A DNA stretch of 64,000 nucleotides from Octopus sinensis (lineage: Eukaryota). The notes below the pieces were generated by a model that saw nothing but the letters and a program-made list of their open reading frames with translations, was not told where the DNA came from and searched no databases. Within the stretch, counting starts at the first letter, position 1, and every line of letters begins with the position of its first letter. The position numbers were made by a program, and so were the translations under genes. The stretch is taken from positions 24,502,464-24,566,463 of the forward strand of contig NC_043011.1 of the NCBI RefSeq assembly GCF_006345805.1. The letters run 5' to 3'. Positions 50,080-63,839 of the stretch are shown in pieces.

Positions 50080-51435
50080 TTGCTGGTTGTGGTCACCTTT
50101 GTTCGTTATGGTCGCTTTTGTTCATTGTGGTCGCTTTTATTGGTTGTGGTTGCATTTGTTGGTTGTGGTCACTTTTGTTAGTTGTATTTGCTTTTGTTCA
50201 TTGTTGGTCGTGGTTGATTTTGTTGATTGTGGTCTCTCTAGTTGGTTGTGGTCACTTTTGTTGGTTGTCATCGCTTTTGTTAGTTGTGGTTGCATTTGCT
50301 TGTTGTGGTCTCTTGTGGTCGCTTTTGTTGGTTGTGGCTGCATTTATTCATTGTGGTCATATTTCTTGGTTGCGGCCACTTTTGTTGGTTGTGGTCACTT
50401 TTTTTGCTAGTGGTCGCTTTGTTGGTAGCGGTCACTTTTTTTTTGGTTTTTTGGTTTGTTAGTTGTGGTTAATTTTGTTGTGGTTGCTCTTGTTGGTTGT
50501 GTTCACTTTTGTTGTTTGTGGTTGCATTTATTCATTTTGGTTGCTTTTGTAGGTTGTGGACCCTTCTGTTGGTTGTGCTCACTTTAGTTGGTTGTGGTCG
50601 CTTTTGTTGGTTTTGGTGAATTTTGTTGGTTGTGCTCTCTTTTGTTGGCTGTGTTCACTTTTTTTGGTTGTGGTTGCATTTCTTTGTTTTGGTCATTTTT
50701 GTTGGGTGTGGTTGCATTTGTTCATTGTGGTCTCTTTTCCCTGGTTGTAGACATTTTGTTGCTTGTGGTTGATTTTGTTGGTTGTAGTTGCATTTGTTTG
50801 TTGTTTTTGCTTTTGTTGGTTTGGGTTGCATTTATTCATTGTAGTCACTTTTGTAGGTTGTGGTTGATTGTGTTAGTTGTGGTCACTTTAGTTGATTGTA
50901 GTTACATCTGTTGGTAGTTGTGACTTTTGTTCATTGTGGTCGCCTTTCTTGATTGCTGTCGCTTTTGTTGGTTGTGGTTGCATTTGTTAGTTGTGGATGC
51001 TTTTGTTGGTTGTGGTCGCTTTTGTTCATTGTGGTTGCCTTTCTTGGTTGTGGTCACTTTTGTTGGTTGTCATCGCTTTTGTTAGTTGTGGTTGCATTTG
51101 CTCGTTGTGATCACTTATGGTTGCTTTTGTTGGTTGTGGCTAATTTTGCTGGTTGTGTTCGCTTTTGTCGGTTGTGGTTGCATTTGTTCATTTTGGTCGC
51201 TTTTGTAGGTTGTGGTTGGTTGATTTTGTTGGTTTTGCTCACTTCTATTGGTTCTGTTCGCCTTTGTAGTTTGTATTTGATTTTGTTGGTTGTGTTTGCT
51301 TTTGTTCATCATAATTGCCTTTGTTTGTTGTAGTTGCATTTGTTGGTTGTGGTCGCTTTTTTGGTTGTGGTCGCTTTTGTTGGTTGTGGTCGCTTTTGTT
51401 GGTTGTGGTCACTCTTGTTCATTGCGGTTGCTTTT
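50080..51435. repeat. Degenerate 19-bp GT-rich minisatellite (about 70 units)
   Basis: Consensus TTGTGGTCGCTTTTGTTGG, perfect at 51365-51402. Confidence 0.9.
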
Positions 51436-53241
51436 TCAAAGATACAGCATTGACTAGACACTGTGTTATATTGATTTTACCAGAGAATAACATTAAGAGT
51501 GCACATGTCCAGTGGAATACTTAACCATTTACACACTGATTCAAAGAGAAGATTGTTCTGTTGATCAAGTAATTAAACATTCATCATAGAAAGTGACAGA
51601 GATCCATTTATTTCATGGAAGCCAGTGAAGAAATTCGTATTCAGCCACTTGATATGCTAGAAATACCAGCCAAATCTCCCTGAAATCATACCATGTTGAT
51701 CATCATCATCATTTAACATCTAGTATATACAGGCTTCTTTTAGTTTCCATCTATGAAATCCACTCAGAAGGCTTTGGTTAGTCTGGGGTTATAACAGAAG
51801 ACATTTGCTCAAGGTGGTCCTTGGTTCCATAAAAGCATATTGTTCCGAAGAAAACATCATCTACAGTGAACCATGCTTTGCTGTTGTTACTTTGAAATAT
51901 CTTGAAAGTTAAGCATTAAGATTAGATGAGATCTTGTTATTGGCATACTTGGAGTAGATTTGGTTAAGGATCCATTTCTTTCCCCCGAATTCTGAACTTT
52001 CACTAGTTCTGTGATAATTACCCTCGACACATACTACTCTACGTTTCCCTGTTTACCTGACTGACAAACCAGTTCTATCATCAAGGTAATCCAAATGTTT
52101 TAACAATTATCTCGGTTGAAACCATTTCACTGATATGAACAAACATGGAAAAAAAAATATATATTTGTAAAGCAGCAACAAAGTAAAAGCAAAATAAAAT
52201 AAAAAAAAAAACAAAACAAAGCAAAAACAGAAGCTCCCTCAGAGCTATCTAAATTGCATGCGTGAGTTTGTTCCATAGAATTATAACAGAACTTGTATAA
52301 GATACACACACACACACTTACATGCACACATGAATGCACACACACACTCACATATGCATATACACACACATACATACATACATAAATACATACATATATA
52401 CACACACATGAGAGAGAGAGAGAGAGCGTTATTGGTGTCCAATAACAGATAAAAGAGCTTTAGCTGATATCATTCATAGTTCATATAATAATCAGAATTC
52501 CCTATAACTCATCAATGTTTCTGGTCACACATCAAATATTTCAGTAACCTTTGATCAATGAACTTAGACCAGTTAGCACATTCAACAATGTTAGCTCCGA
52601 TCATTGCAGACAATGTTGAGAAGCCCTTCCGTATCTCTTTTAGCCACCAATGCAGCTTGAGATCTATGTATGATTGGAATGGTTTTGTATACCTTAATGA
52701 GATTAGCCTTTTTATCAGGGAATGAGAGGGCAGAGACTCTGCCTTTCATCGCATGACAATAGTCCGAGCTGAAACTCAAAGCATTTCTTTTCACTGTTCT
52801 CACCCGGCTTGCTGATTAACTAACTATTGTGAGACACGAAAATCGTCTTATATCACTTTTGGGTAGTACTTGAAAATATACTTCTATATACCCATGTAAT
52901 CCCTCATTCTTTCATTCACTCTTTCTTTCTCTCCCTATACATGTATGTATGGATGTGCCTATGTGCATATATCTTTTTTATGTACATATTCAAATATGTA
53001 TACATATACACACACACACACATACACACACACATCTATGTATATATGGATATATATATATATGTATACAGGTATATACATATATATATATCAATATACA
53101 TCAAAAATATGTGTGCGTGTGTACATATATATGTGTGTATAAATATATATATGCATGTGTGTATGTAGGTATACATATGTATGCAAGTATGCAGTGTCTA
53201 TTTGAGCATGCATATGCATATATATATATATATAATATATA

Positions 53242-53285
<44 letters not shown>

Positions 53286-53420
53286 GTATATATATTTGTG
53301 TATACATGTGCATAAATATCTGTACATGTACATACATTCATTTATATATATATATATGTGTGTATATGTATAAATGTATGTGTCTGTATACACACACACA
53401 CACACACACACACATAATGG

Positions 53421-53500
53421 TGAAAGGTTAATGGATGTGGTGTGAGTGTATGACTGTATGCATATGTGTGTCTGTCTGTCTGTCTGTATATATGTATAAG

Positions 53501-53532
<32 letters not shown>

Positions 53533-53639
53533 TATATAAATATATATATCTATATGTATGTGGGTATGTATGTATGTATATGCAGATATTATATGCATAT
53601 AATTATACACTCACACACTTCATCCACCATTAACCTTTC
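53421..53639. repeat. Imperfect inverted repeat around a microsatellite
   Basis: GAAAGGTTAATGG..TGTGAGTGTAT..TATGCATAT versus ATATGCATA..ATACACTCACA..CCATTAACCTTTC. Confidence 0.7.
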
Positions 53640-53689
53640 TACATTGAAGAAATTAATAGGGTAGATTTTTGTTGTTGTTGTTGCTGTTG

Positions 53690-54145
53690 ATGATGTTGCG
53701 TAACCAAGGTCATCCCTGATCAAGCAAACTCTATGTTCAAAAGCATTCCCAGCTGTAACTATTCTGTCTTTTATTCAAATCTAATAATGTATCTAATATT
53801 ACATTATCCAATTTGTCCTTCCTTCCTTCCTCTCTTCAAGATCGTAGGATATGTATTTATGGAGAGTAGGCTGTTATTACTAGCAAATCAAGCAACCACG
53901 TTGAAGAACCCTCATGAGTTATAGCATACATATTGACGTTGTTTAGTTCCGTGTCAGTTCTGATTAAGCAGATCTATGACCAAAATTTCTCCACTCATGA
54001 CCATCACGTCTATTTTTCCAAACATTGTATCTAGGACTACATTATGTCATTTGTCTTTCACTTATTTAAAATGGCAGTGTATGATTTCAGAGAGTCTGTG
54101 CTACTATTTCTAGCAGGCTGACAGAGAAGCTCCTTCATTGGTCAC
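53690..54145 (-). repeat. Two tandem copies of the 6225-type repeat
   Basis: Shared motifs, with (GTT)n at the left. Confidence 0.6.
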
Positions 54146-54309
54146 TGTAGAATATATGTTTTTGTTGACATGCTTGGCTGTGTAGTTAACATGCTGGCTT
54201 TACAACCTCATGCTCAAGGCTTAATCCTGTTGCAGGTGTCTTCTATCTTAACATCAGATTAACAAATACCTTGAGAGCTTGTGAGTGGAATTTGGTAGAT
54301 GTGAAATAT

Positions 54310-54334
54310 CATACATACATACATACTACATACA

Positions 54335-54393
<59 letters not shown>

Positions 54394-54467
54394 ATATATA
54401 TATATATATATATATAGATTATATATATATATTATATATATATATATATACTATATTATATATATAT

Positions 54468-54498
<31 letters not shown>

Positions 54499-54550
54499 TA
54501 CATATACACTATACATACATATATATATAATATAATATATATATATATAG

Positions 54551-54581
<31 letters not shown>

Positions 54582-54659
54582 TATATTATATAATATATAA
54601 TATATATTATAATATATATATATATATATATACATATAAATATATATATATATATATAC

Positions 54660-54690
<31 letters not shown>

Positions 54691-54697
54691 ATATATA

Positions 54698-54728
<31 letters not shown>

Positions 54729-54769
54729 ATATATATATATATATAATATATATATATATATATAATATA
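54310..54769. repeat. Long interrupted (TA)n/(TACA)n tract
   Basis: Direct inspection. Confidence 0.95.
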
Positions 54770-54987
54770 GGGAAAGATAGCTATGCCCTGTTCATAGGGT
54801 TACACAGGGTTTCGCATCCATAAAGTGCTTAGCCTTACATATGTCTTGCCACTGGCCATTAGGGTCTGATGAGACACATGTAAAGCCCAGTTCTTTATGC
54901 AAAACCCTGGGTAACCCTATGAACCAGCCATAGCTATCTTTCTCTAAATACTCTGCTGCTCTATAACTTGGAGCATGATTCTCTTTT

Positions 54988-55405
54988 GTGGCTATGTGGG
55001 AAGAAGCTTGCTTCCCAACCACATGGTTCTGGATTCAGTCTCACTACATGGCACCTTGGGCAAGTGCCTCACGTCGACCAAAGCCTTGCGAGTGGATTTG
55101 GTTGGCGAAAACTGAAAGAAACCCGTTGTGTATATGTATATACATTTGTGTGTGTGTGTGCGTGTGTGTGTGTGCCTATGTGAGTGTGTGTGTGTGTGTA
55201 TACGTTTGTGTGTCTGTGTTTTGTCCCTGCCCCCATTATCACTTGACAACCAATGTTGGTGTGTTTACATCCCTGTAACTTAGTGATTCAGCAAATAAGT
55301 ACTAGGCTCACAAAGAATAAGTCCTGGCATTGATTTGCTTGACTAAAGGTGGTGCTCCAGCATGGCCACAGTCAGAAGGACTGAAAGAAGTAAAAGAATA
55401 AAAGA
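54988..55405 (+). mobile_element. SINE family A
   Basis: Homology to 38676-39090. Confidence 0.85.
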
Positions 55406-55411
55406 ATACTG

Positions 55412-55472
<61 letters not shown>

Positions 55473-56335
55473 CATACATACATACATACATACACATACA
55501 TATATACAGCAACACACACACATATATTCAATAGCACTGATTTTATAAAGCACTGATTTCATAATGGCACAGAAGAACCTCCTCTTAAGATCTTGTGATT
55601 ATTTCCAGTGACATAGAGTACATCAAGAACAATCCCTGTGCTTTTATTTTACAGTTTTACATTTTTTTCTGTAAATGCAATGCAATTTCACAAGCATACA
55701 AAGGAGCCTTATAGTTCTTTAGGCTTGTCAATTGAAGTGTGTGAACTTTAAATTCCACTAACAAATCATCTGAATTATAAGTATCAACAGCCACTTTAAC
55801 ATATCATATGCATTCAAGAACATTGCTATTGCCATGAGGAATTAGATCTAAAATGCTACATGGTGCGAAGATGTTGGACTTAAATACCAGATTCAGCAGA
55901 GTTAAAAATTCAACAAACTCAATAATTGGAGAGATAAGAATGTTCTTCACCCCTTGCACACTAGAACCTCTAAAGCTTGGAGAAGGTTTCTCCCTAGAAT
56001 GACCGTCACAATACTGACATTGAACCCCAGCACCCCATAAATGCTACACACTAATCAATTTTATTTTTTCAACAAGTCCTAAGATACCATGTCATAACCA
56101 TTATTGGAGAAATGAATTAACAAACAGGCTAAGATAATGATCACAAATTCACCTTCCACTATTGAAACAACTGAAACAGTCAGCAGGTTATATTCCATCA
56201 CCAGAAAACAACCACTGTTACTAAATACCAAAATTCGAAATATATTCTAAACTCTGGATGTACAAGACAAGCCAAAGTTACAGGCCAAAACATTTGACAT
56301 TTTATTTATATTATGTTTTATTATTATAATTATTA

Positions 56336-56700
56336 GGTGCAGGAGTGGCTGTGTGGTAAGTAGCTTGCTTATGAACCACATGGTTCCAGGTTCAGTCCCA
56401 CTGCATGGCACCTTGGGCAAGTGTCTTCTTGTGAGTGGATTTGGTAGATGGAAACTGAAAGAAGCCCGCCGTATATATGTATATATATATGTATGTGTGT
56501 GTATATGTTGTGTATCTGTGTTTGTCTCCCCAACATCGCTTGACAACCGATGCTGGTGTGTTTAGGTCCCTGATAGACTGATAGAATACATACTAGTCTT
56601 GCAAAGAATAAGTCTTGGGGTCAATTTGATTCGACTAAAGGCGGTGCTCCTGCATGGCCGCAGTCATGCAGACTGAAACAAGTAAAAGAGTAAAGACAGT
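56336..56700 (+). mobile_element. SINE family A
   Basis: Homology, with small internal deletions. Confidence 0.85.
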
Positions 56701-56708
56701 GAGACAGG

Positions 56709-57110
56709 AAGACAGTGAGCTGGCTGAATTGGTAGTGCACCAGTCAAAATGCTTAGTAGCATTTTGTCTGTCTTTACATGCTGAGTTCAAATTCTGTTGA
56801 GGTTGACTTTGCCTTTCATCCTTTCAGGGTCAATATAATAAGCATTAGTTACACATTGGGAGCAATGTAATTGACTTGCCCATCCCCTCAAATTTCAGGC
56901 CTTGTGCCTATAGTAGAAAGGATTATTATCATTATCATGAATCATTAGCATGCCAGGCAAAATGCTTTGTGACATTTTGTCCATATTTATGCTCTGAGTT
57001 CAAATTTTGCCAAGGTCACTAAAATAAGGGCCAGGTGAGTACTGGCATTGATATAATTGACTGTACTCCACCTGAAACATTTCAGGACTTGTGCCTATAG
57101 TAGAAACGAT
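56709..57110 (+). mobile_element. Two tandem older family C variants
   Basis: GAGTTCAAATT..GCCTTTCATCC and ..TTTCAGG(C/A)CTTGTGCCTATAGTAGAAA tails. Confidence 0.7.
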
Positions 57111-57184
57111 TATTATTCATTTTATTTATATTATGTTATTACTATCATTATTATTATTCATTTTGTTCATCACGTACAAGTATA

Positions 57185-57565
57185 CTCTTTAGTCTTTTAC
57201 TTGTTTCAGTTATTTGACTGTGTCCATGCTGGAACACCGCCTTTAGTCGAGCAAATCGACCCCAGGACTTATTCTATTGTTCTGTTTTGCCAAACTGCTA
57301 AGTTACAGGGACGTAAACACACCAGCATCGGTTGTCAAGCGATGTTGGGGAGACAAACATAGACACAGAAACACACACATGCACATATATATATACATAT
57401 ATACGAGGGGCTTTTTTTCGGTTTCCGTCTACAAAATCCACTCACAAGGCTTTGGTCGGCCTGAGGCTATAGTAGAAGACACTTGCCCCAGGTGTCATGC
57501 AGTGGGACTGAACCTGGAACCATGTGGTTCGTAAGCAAGCTTCTTACCACACAGCCATTCCTGCG
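57185..57565 (-). mobile_element. SINE family A
   Basis: Reverse homologue of 38676-39090. Confidence 0.85.
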
Positions 57566-57819
57566 TATATGTATATTCATCATTATTTTATTTATTTTAT
57601 TCAATTTAAAAAAATTGAAGCATGTCATTGACAATTCTGGGGTGTATTGAACTTATGGCCCACATTGTATAAACCTATTTTAACACTATAGCGGCTCAAT
57701 TCATCTACACACTCATAAATAAAAATGTGGAAAACAGCATGTTAAATTGAGAAGCATGTGGTTCATTTAAAGGTACTAGTTGTGATTATTGTATACCATC
57801 TGCCAGAATTTGAACAAGC

Positions 57820-58165
57820 TTTACTGTGTTGGTAAAGAACTTGCTTGGCAATCACATCGTTGGATATCCTCTACTATAGTTCTAAGCCATTTGATGCCTC
57901 GCAAGTGAATATGGTTGAAAGACACTATGTAGAAGGTCATCGTATATAAATGTACATGCGTGTGTGTGTTTGTCTCTTTCCACCACTTGACAACCAGTGT
58001 TGGTTTGTTTACATCCTTGTAACTTTAGTGGTTTGGCAAAGGAGACTGATAGAATAAGCACCATACTTTAAATATACCATACTGTGGTTGATTTATTCAA
58101 GTAAAACTTTCAAGGTGGCACCCAGAATAACTGCAGTCCAATGACTGAAAAAAGTAAAAAAATAG
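57820..58165 (+). mobile_element. Old SINE family A
   Basis: Degenerate homology. Confidence 0.7.
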
Positions 58166-58957
58166 GAGAAAATAACTGTTCTACACTTAAAAACAAAGAA
58201 AGTTTGTTAATAATACGTCATCTTAATCAAATATAAGTCCAAAGTTTTTCTGGCAGAAACAGGAACCAACTCTCCAATGCAACATATAACAATTTCATTA
58301 GCTTTTACATCAACATGTTTCCCAAAGAATCCCTTTCCATCAGGGACTAAAGCCAAATGTAGAGTCCTATGAGAGTCTTGAGCAATTACTGTGAAGTGGA
58401 ATCAATTGAAGGTTAGGTTTCTACTCATTTGAAGTTGACCAGACCTTTCTCAAACAAATAAAACTAAATTCAAAATTACATTCATGAAATCAAATGACAG
58501 AAATATATTGAGACCAAATATATTTGAACTGCACATGCAGCGGTAAACAAACCTTCCTTCCTGACATAGGAAATTGGCATTAAAATCAGACTGGAAAACA
58601 TATGAATAAGTTGTTACTAAAAGCCATAAGTCGTCTTCGTAATCCCACCCCCCCACCACCACCACCAGTTTCAAATGGAGCCATCCTCCTTCTCCTCCTC
58701 TTTCGCTTCCTCCTCCTCTTCTTTCTTCTCATCTTCATTGTCATTGCTATCATCATTATCACAGTCATCATTGTTTTGATGTTCACAGGCAGATTTTCTA
58801 CTGCTGGGTGCCCTTCCTGTCATCAACCCTCACCTATTTCTGAGCAAGATGTTTTCCCATGGCCAGACATGTTTACACAGAATATGTACAACAGTGGCAC
58901 TCATTTACAGCTATATCACAGAATGTCAAAACAAGAGGACACAAACATGCACAAACA

Positions 58958-59003
<46 letters not shown>

Positions 59004-59245
59004 AGCACACACAGGCAAATAAACTGGTATCCCTCATTCTACTATTTTATCAGTACAATCTCTGCCCACATAGGTTCATTCGTAGAAAACTGCACAAGGC
59101 ATGTCGGCTAAATCCTAGATTCAATCTTTAAATGCATCAAATGACATTATTTTGTTTCTAAACAAAAAAACTTTCAAAACTGATGATGTCTAGTCACTTT
59201 ATGTGTGTGTGTGTGTGTGTGTGTGAGTGCATGTATGTGTGTGTG

Positions 59246-59378
59246 TTTTGCCTCCAGCACCAAAAAATACTGTCACCAAAGCAGGTTGAACATCTAGTAA
59301 GCCATGCCAAACCATCGCAGTCCAAACAGCTGCACCCATTTGTCTCATTCTGTACACAAGCTAGGTCTTAGTTAAGCA
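59246..59378. repeat. About 130-bp segment duplicated at 61473-61603
   Basis: TTTGCCTCCAGCACCAAAAA(A)TACTGTCACCAAAGCAGGTTGAAC...CTGTACACAAG, with both copies following (TG)n. Confidence 0.85.
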
Positions 59379-59891
59379 GGTTGATGAGTGTGTAGGAGCT
59401 TCTTTCAGTTTTTGTTCATGAAACCCATTCTGAAGGCTTTGATCAACTCGGAGTTATAGTAGAAGACACTTACCAAAGTTGCCATACAGTGGGACTGAAC
59501 TCAAATACATATCGTTCGGAAGCGAGCTTCTTTATCACTCAGTCAGGCTTGAACTTAAATATGATATAGACATCAAACTTCAGGATTTCATATTATATAA
59601 AGTCACTGATGTATTGAAAAGGACTCAAAACTAGAAGGCAGATTGCCTTGGTGATGTACGACCTGAAGTTTGGAAGACAGCTGCACTTAGTATCCTTCTT
59701 CAATTTGTAACCAATGGGAAAGTGGATTGAAGGCAACCTTCTCCCATTTTATTTGAAAGGTAATTTAAATGTGCCATGGACATCTAAAGTAGGGGTTGTC
59801 CTGCTTCTGACAAGACTAAAGAGGCAGCTCTCCCTAATTTGTCTCTCTTTGCTTATTCACCAGCACCAGAGATGTCTCACTCTAGCAAGAT

Positions 59892-60046
59892 GATAGATAG
59901 ATAGATAGATAGGTGGATAGGTAGGTAGGTAGGTAGGTAGGTAGGTTGGTAGGTAGGTGGGTGGTTGGGCGGGTGGGTACTTGGATGGATGGATGGATGG
60001 ACGGACGGACAGACGGACAGACAGACAGACAGAAAGATAGACAGAC

Positions 60047-60078
<32 letters not shown>
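59892..60078. repeat. Compound tetranucleotide microsatellite
   Basis: Blocks GATA, GGTA, GGTG, GGAT, GGAC, AGAC, AGAT. Confidence 0.95.
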
Positions 60079-60578
60079 GGATTAGAAAAACTGGCTTAGA
60101 GCAAGTTCTGCTAGATTGTTATGTAAGTATGAAGGTACATAGGTTCTGCATCTAAATACAACTCACTATGACAAATATAGTGCTAATAATAATAATTTTG
60201 TCGTATTTAATAAATTCCCTGAAAATGAACACATGGTTGTATGCATTGTTGAAACTACAAGAATGATATTGGTTTTGTATTTTTCAATTATCTGTGGAAG
60301 CCAATAAACTTATACGAAATAATAATAAAGTTGAACACGGAACTTCAAATGCAATATAGTTGTTCCTTTAATGAAACTGTAACATTCTGCTACATATAGG
60401 TATATATTCATAGATATACATGTGCATATGAATGTATGTATACACACACACACACATATACATATATACCCATATACACACACTTACATACATACACACA
60501 TATATATATATTACACATATATACATACATATATATATACTTTATTTAAAAGCAGCAGAAATTCAACAAAACCTGTTA

Positions 60579-60643
<65 letters not shown>

Positions 60644-60683
60644 TTTATTTAAAAGCAGCAGAAATTCAACAAAACTTGTTACT

Positions 60684-60715
<32 letters not shown>

Positions 60716-61397
60716 CGTACACTTACACATCTATATATACACACATATGTACATATATATATAACATTCACATATACATGCATAAATATACACATACATG
60801 CATAATCTGCTTATTTAAATATCTATTTTTTTTTTTATTTTATACGAAACAGGAAAAAAACCAGAAGAGGGGTAAATATTTATTTGAAATGTAAAGTGTA
60901 CCTTTTCCTTTTTTTTGATAAACATACAATTTTCGCTTTGTTGTAAAATATAAACAATGTGGTTGCAACACAGATTTTAAGATTCTTTGGGCAGAAAAAA
61001 AAAGGATCAATCTAACCTGTTTTCTGGTTTTGTTAGACTTTCGGAATAAAAAGATTACCAGGCTTCTATTTGTAGAAAGATTGGTAGCTTATAATTATTT
61101 ATAGTAAACACAAATGAGTACAAAATGGTTTGTTACAGTTGTTTTGGTGCCACCAGTTTGGCGCCACTGATTCAACACTGACTTATTTAACAACAAACAC
61201 TTTTATGTTTCTCTTGTTTTAATCTCTCTCTCTCTCTCTCTCTCTCCCCCCCTCTCTCTCTCTTTCTGTTTTTATGTGTGTGAGCATATTTCTTTTACTA
61301 TGTCTGAGGAGAGGGAAAGTGTTTGTCAATCATGTCTGATTAATAGATTATAATGTCTCTGTATTTCACTCATTTTTTCTATCTGTATGTGTATATT

Positions 61398-61429
<32 letters not shown>

Positions 61430-62486
61430 TGAGCGCATGTATGTGTATGTGTGTGTGTGTGTGTGTGTGTGTTTTTGCCTCCAGCACCAAAAATACTGTC
61501 ACCAAAGCAGGTTGAACGTCCAGTAAGTCATGCCAAACCATCGCAGTCCAAACAATGCACCCATTTGTCTCATTCTGTACACAAGTTAGGTGTCAGTTAA
61601 GCAACTGCTATAAGCTGTCAATCTCTCTTTTAACAGATGATAGATATTCTTTCAATGGATGAAGGTTAAACAAAACTAAAACTATCTCAGAATACTCTGC
61701 ACTATTCTAAATATCACATGGTGTCAATAGATGACTAACCAAGAGCTACTCTAGGACATTCCATATATAAGTCATAAGTCACGGATACAATATGAAAGCA
61801 TGGGATCAGATTTACTGGTCATTGCTGGCATAACAAGAAAGAGCTAGTAGCTGAAATTCTTTTCTAGTAACCTTCTCATGGTAAACAGTAAAGAGGTTGA
61901 CCAGCGAAAAAATAACCTTAATCCACTAATTGCTAGAAGACACTGAAAGCACTGTCCAAGAGCTTAAAAAATGCCACGAATGACAGAAGAATGGGGACAT
62001 GTTGGGAATGCTGAGAAATTCTCAATCCACATGGTCAACCCATTTCTCTATCTATAAAAAGATAAATTCTGTGATTTCACCACATTTATGTGTTGTGTTT
62101 ATTATTCACAGCAAGGCTGTATATGTTTATTTAAAAAGGGTGTACTGCTTGTTCCATTAGCAATGATATCTGTCATACAAGAAAGTATCTTATAAATAGA
62201 TTTGTGAATTCCATGATGCTGTCTGACAACTAAATTTAATTCCCAAGTACTGGTAGTTTATTTATCAAAGATAAATGACAATGTTGACCATAGCAGGATT
62301 TGAGCTCAGAGTGCAAAATGTCACAACCAATACTTCAAGGTATTCTGTCTGATGCTCTTATGATTCTACCATTTTAAAAACTTCACAAATGTCATAAACA
62401 GTCATTTAACCAGAGGCCTTTATTTCAAGAAATTATGTTTATATGATCTTTATCTTAATTTTTAGTAGAGCCCTATTTCAATATTT

Positions 62487-62788
62487 GTTGTTGTTTGTTC
62501 CTTTTTGAGCCATGCCTGGCTCATAGGGCTGGTTTCCCAGTTTCCTTGGCTTATAGGTTCCCCACTGGACGGGACGCCGGTCCATCGCAGGTGAGCTGCA
62601 AGATGCAGGAGGAAAGAGTGAAAATTGTGGTGAAAGAGTCAGCAGAAGTTTGCCATTACCTTCTGCTGGAGCCACAGGGAACTTAGGTGTTTCGCTCATA
62701 AACACACATATCGCCCCATCTGAGATTCAAACCTATGATCCCTCGACTGTGAGTCCACTGCTCTAGCCACTAGGACATGTGCCTCCAT
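62487..62788 (-). mobile_element. SINE head B + tail Z
   Basis: Head homologous to 1416, tail CCTGCGATGGACCGGCGTCCCGTCCAG, (CAA)n end. TSD TATTTCAATATTT at 62474-62486 and 62789-62801. Confidence 0.9.
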
Positions 62789-63309
62789 TATTTCAATATT
62801 TACCATATACTAAAAATACACACACACACACACACACCTAAATCTTGTTGCATGGCTCTCTACTAAAATTGAAGCCGTTACTGAATTGTTGGTAGTAGAA
62901 TTAGAGAATTTGTTATATGGTGTGACTAAGGCAAATTAATCTAACAGATCATTGCCTTCCTTCCCACTAGATTAAAAATTCCAGCATATTTTAAAATTTC
63001 AGTAAGTTTAGCCAATGGCTAAAGTTTGTTTTTAAGCCATTAACTGTTAATACCCATTAGCTGTTAATACCTTTCCATAAAACTTTTACTGAAAAATGTT
63101 ATTATATTAGAATTTTAAATCTCAGGGAAATTCTCACTAACCAATGCTACTTAGAATTACTTGGAAACTGTATCAACCTCATCACTCAGTAATATTTGCC
63201 CAAACAGCTAGGTGACCTTTTTGTGTGAATCTTTAAAAAAAACTCAATTCTGGGTCAAACTGTTCATACAAATTTTTAAACTCTACAATATATACATGGC
63301 TCCATGAAG

Positions 63310-63645
63310 GTGAAGGTGCATGGCTCAGTGGTTAGAGCGCCGAGCTTATGATCGTGAGGTTGTGAGTTTGAATCCCGGACAGGGCTGCATGTTGTGTTCT
63401 TGAGCAAGACACTTTATTTCATGTTGCTCCAGTTCACTCAGCTGTAGAAATGTGTTGCGACGTCGCAGGTGCCAAGCTGTATCAGCCTTTCCCTTTCCCT
63501 TGGATAACACTGGTGGCATGGAGAGGGGAGGCCAGTATGCATGGGCAACTGCTGGTCTTCCATAAACAACTTTGCCCGGACTTGTACCTGGGAGGGTAAC
63601 TTTCTAGGTGCAATCCCAAGGTCAGTCATGACCGAAGGGGGTCTC
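63310..63645 (+). mobile_element. SINE head D + tail W
   Basis: Homologue of 7519-7854, with TGGCTCAGTGGTTAGAGC (A box) and GAGTTTGAATCCC (B box). Confidence 0.9.
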
Positions 63646-63839
63646 AGCAGCAGCAACAATATATACTGGGTGCTGATTTTTCTTTCATTTGTGTGTGTGT
63701 GTGTGCATGTGTAAACCCATATAGAAAGAGACGATGTGTAAAAATATTCACAGAAATTAAGAACTCAATTACTAATAGTTAGTTAAGTTCCAACATGTTA
63801 TAACATTGTTGTAAATCCAGATGAAAAAGTTTGTTTGTA

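Noticed and set aside
50080-51435. CRISPR array or membrane-protein ORFs
   Set aside because: Contiguous degenerate 19-mers with no unique spacers and no cas genes. The ORFs come from A-poor composition.
55690-56290. Possible RT remnant (WCEDVGL)
   Set aside because: A single weak motif with many stops.
58602-59111. 169-aa ORF with poly-Pro and a hydrophobic stretch
   Set aside because: Built from (CCA)n, (CTC)n and (CAT)n repeats, an RTE-tail-like repeat and (CA)n.
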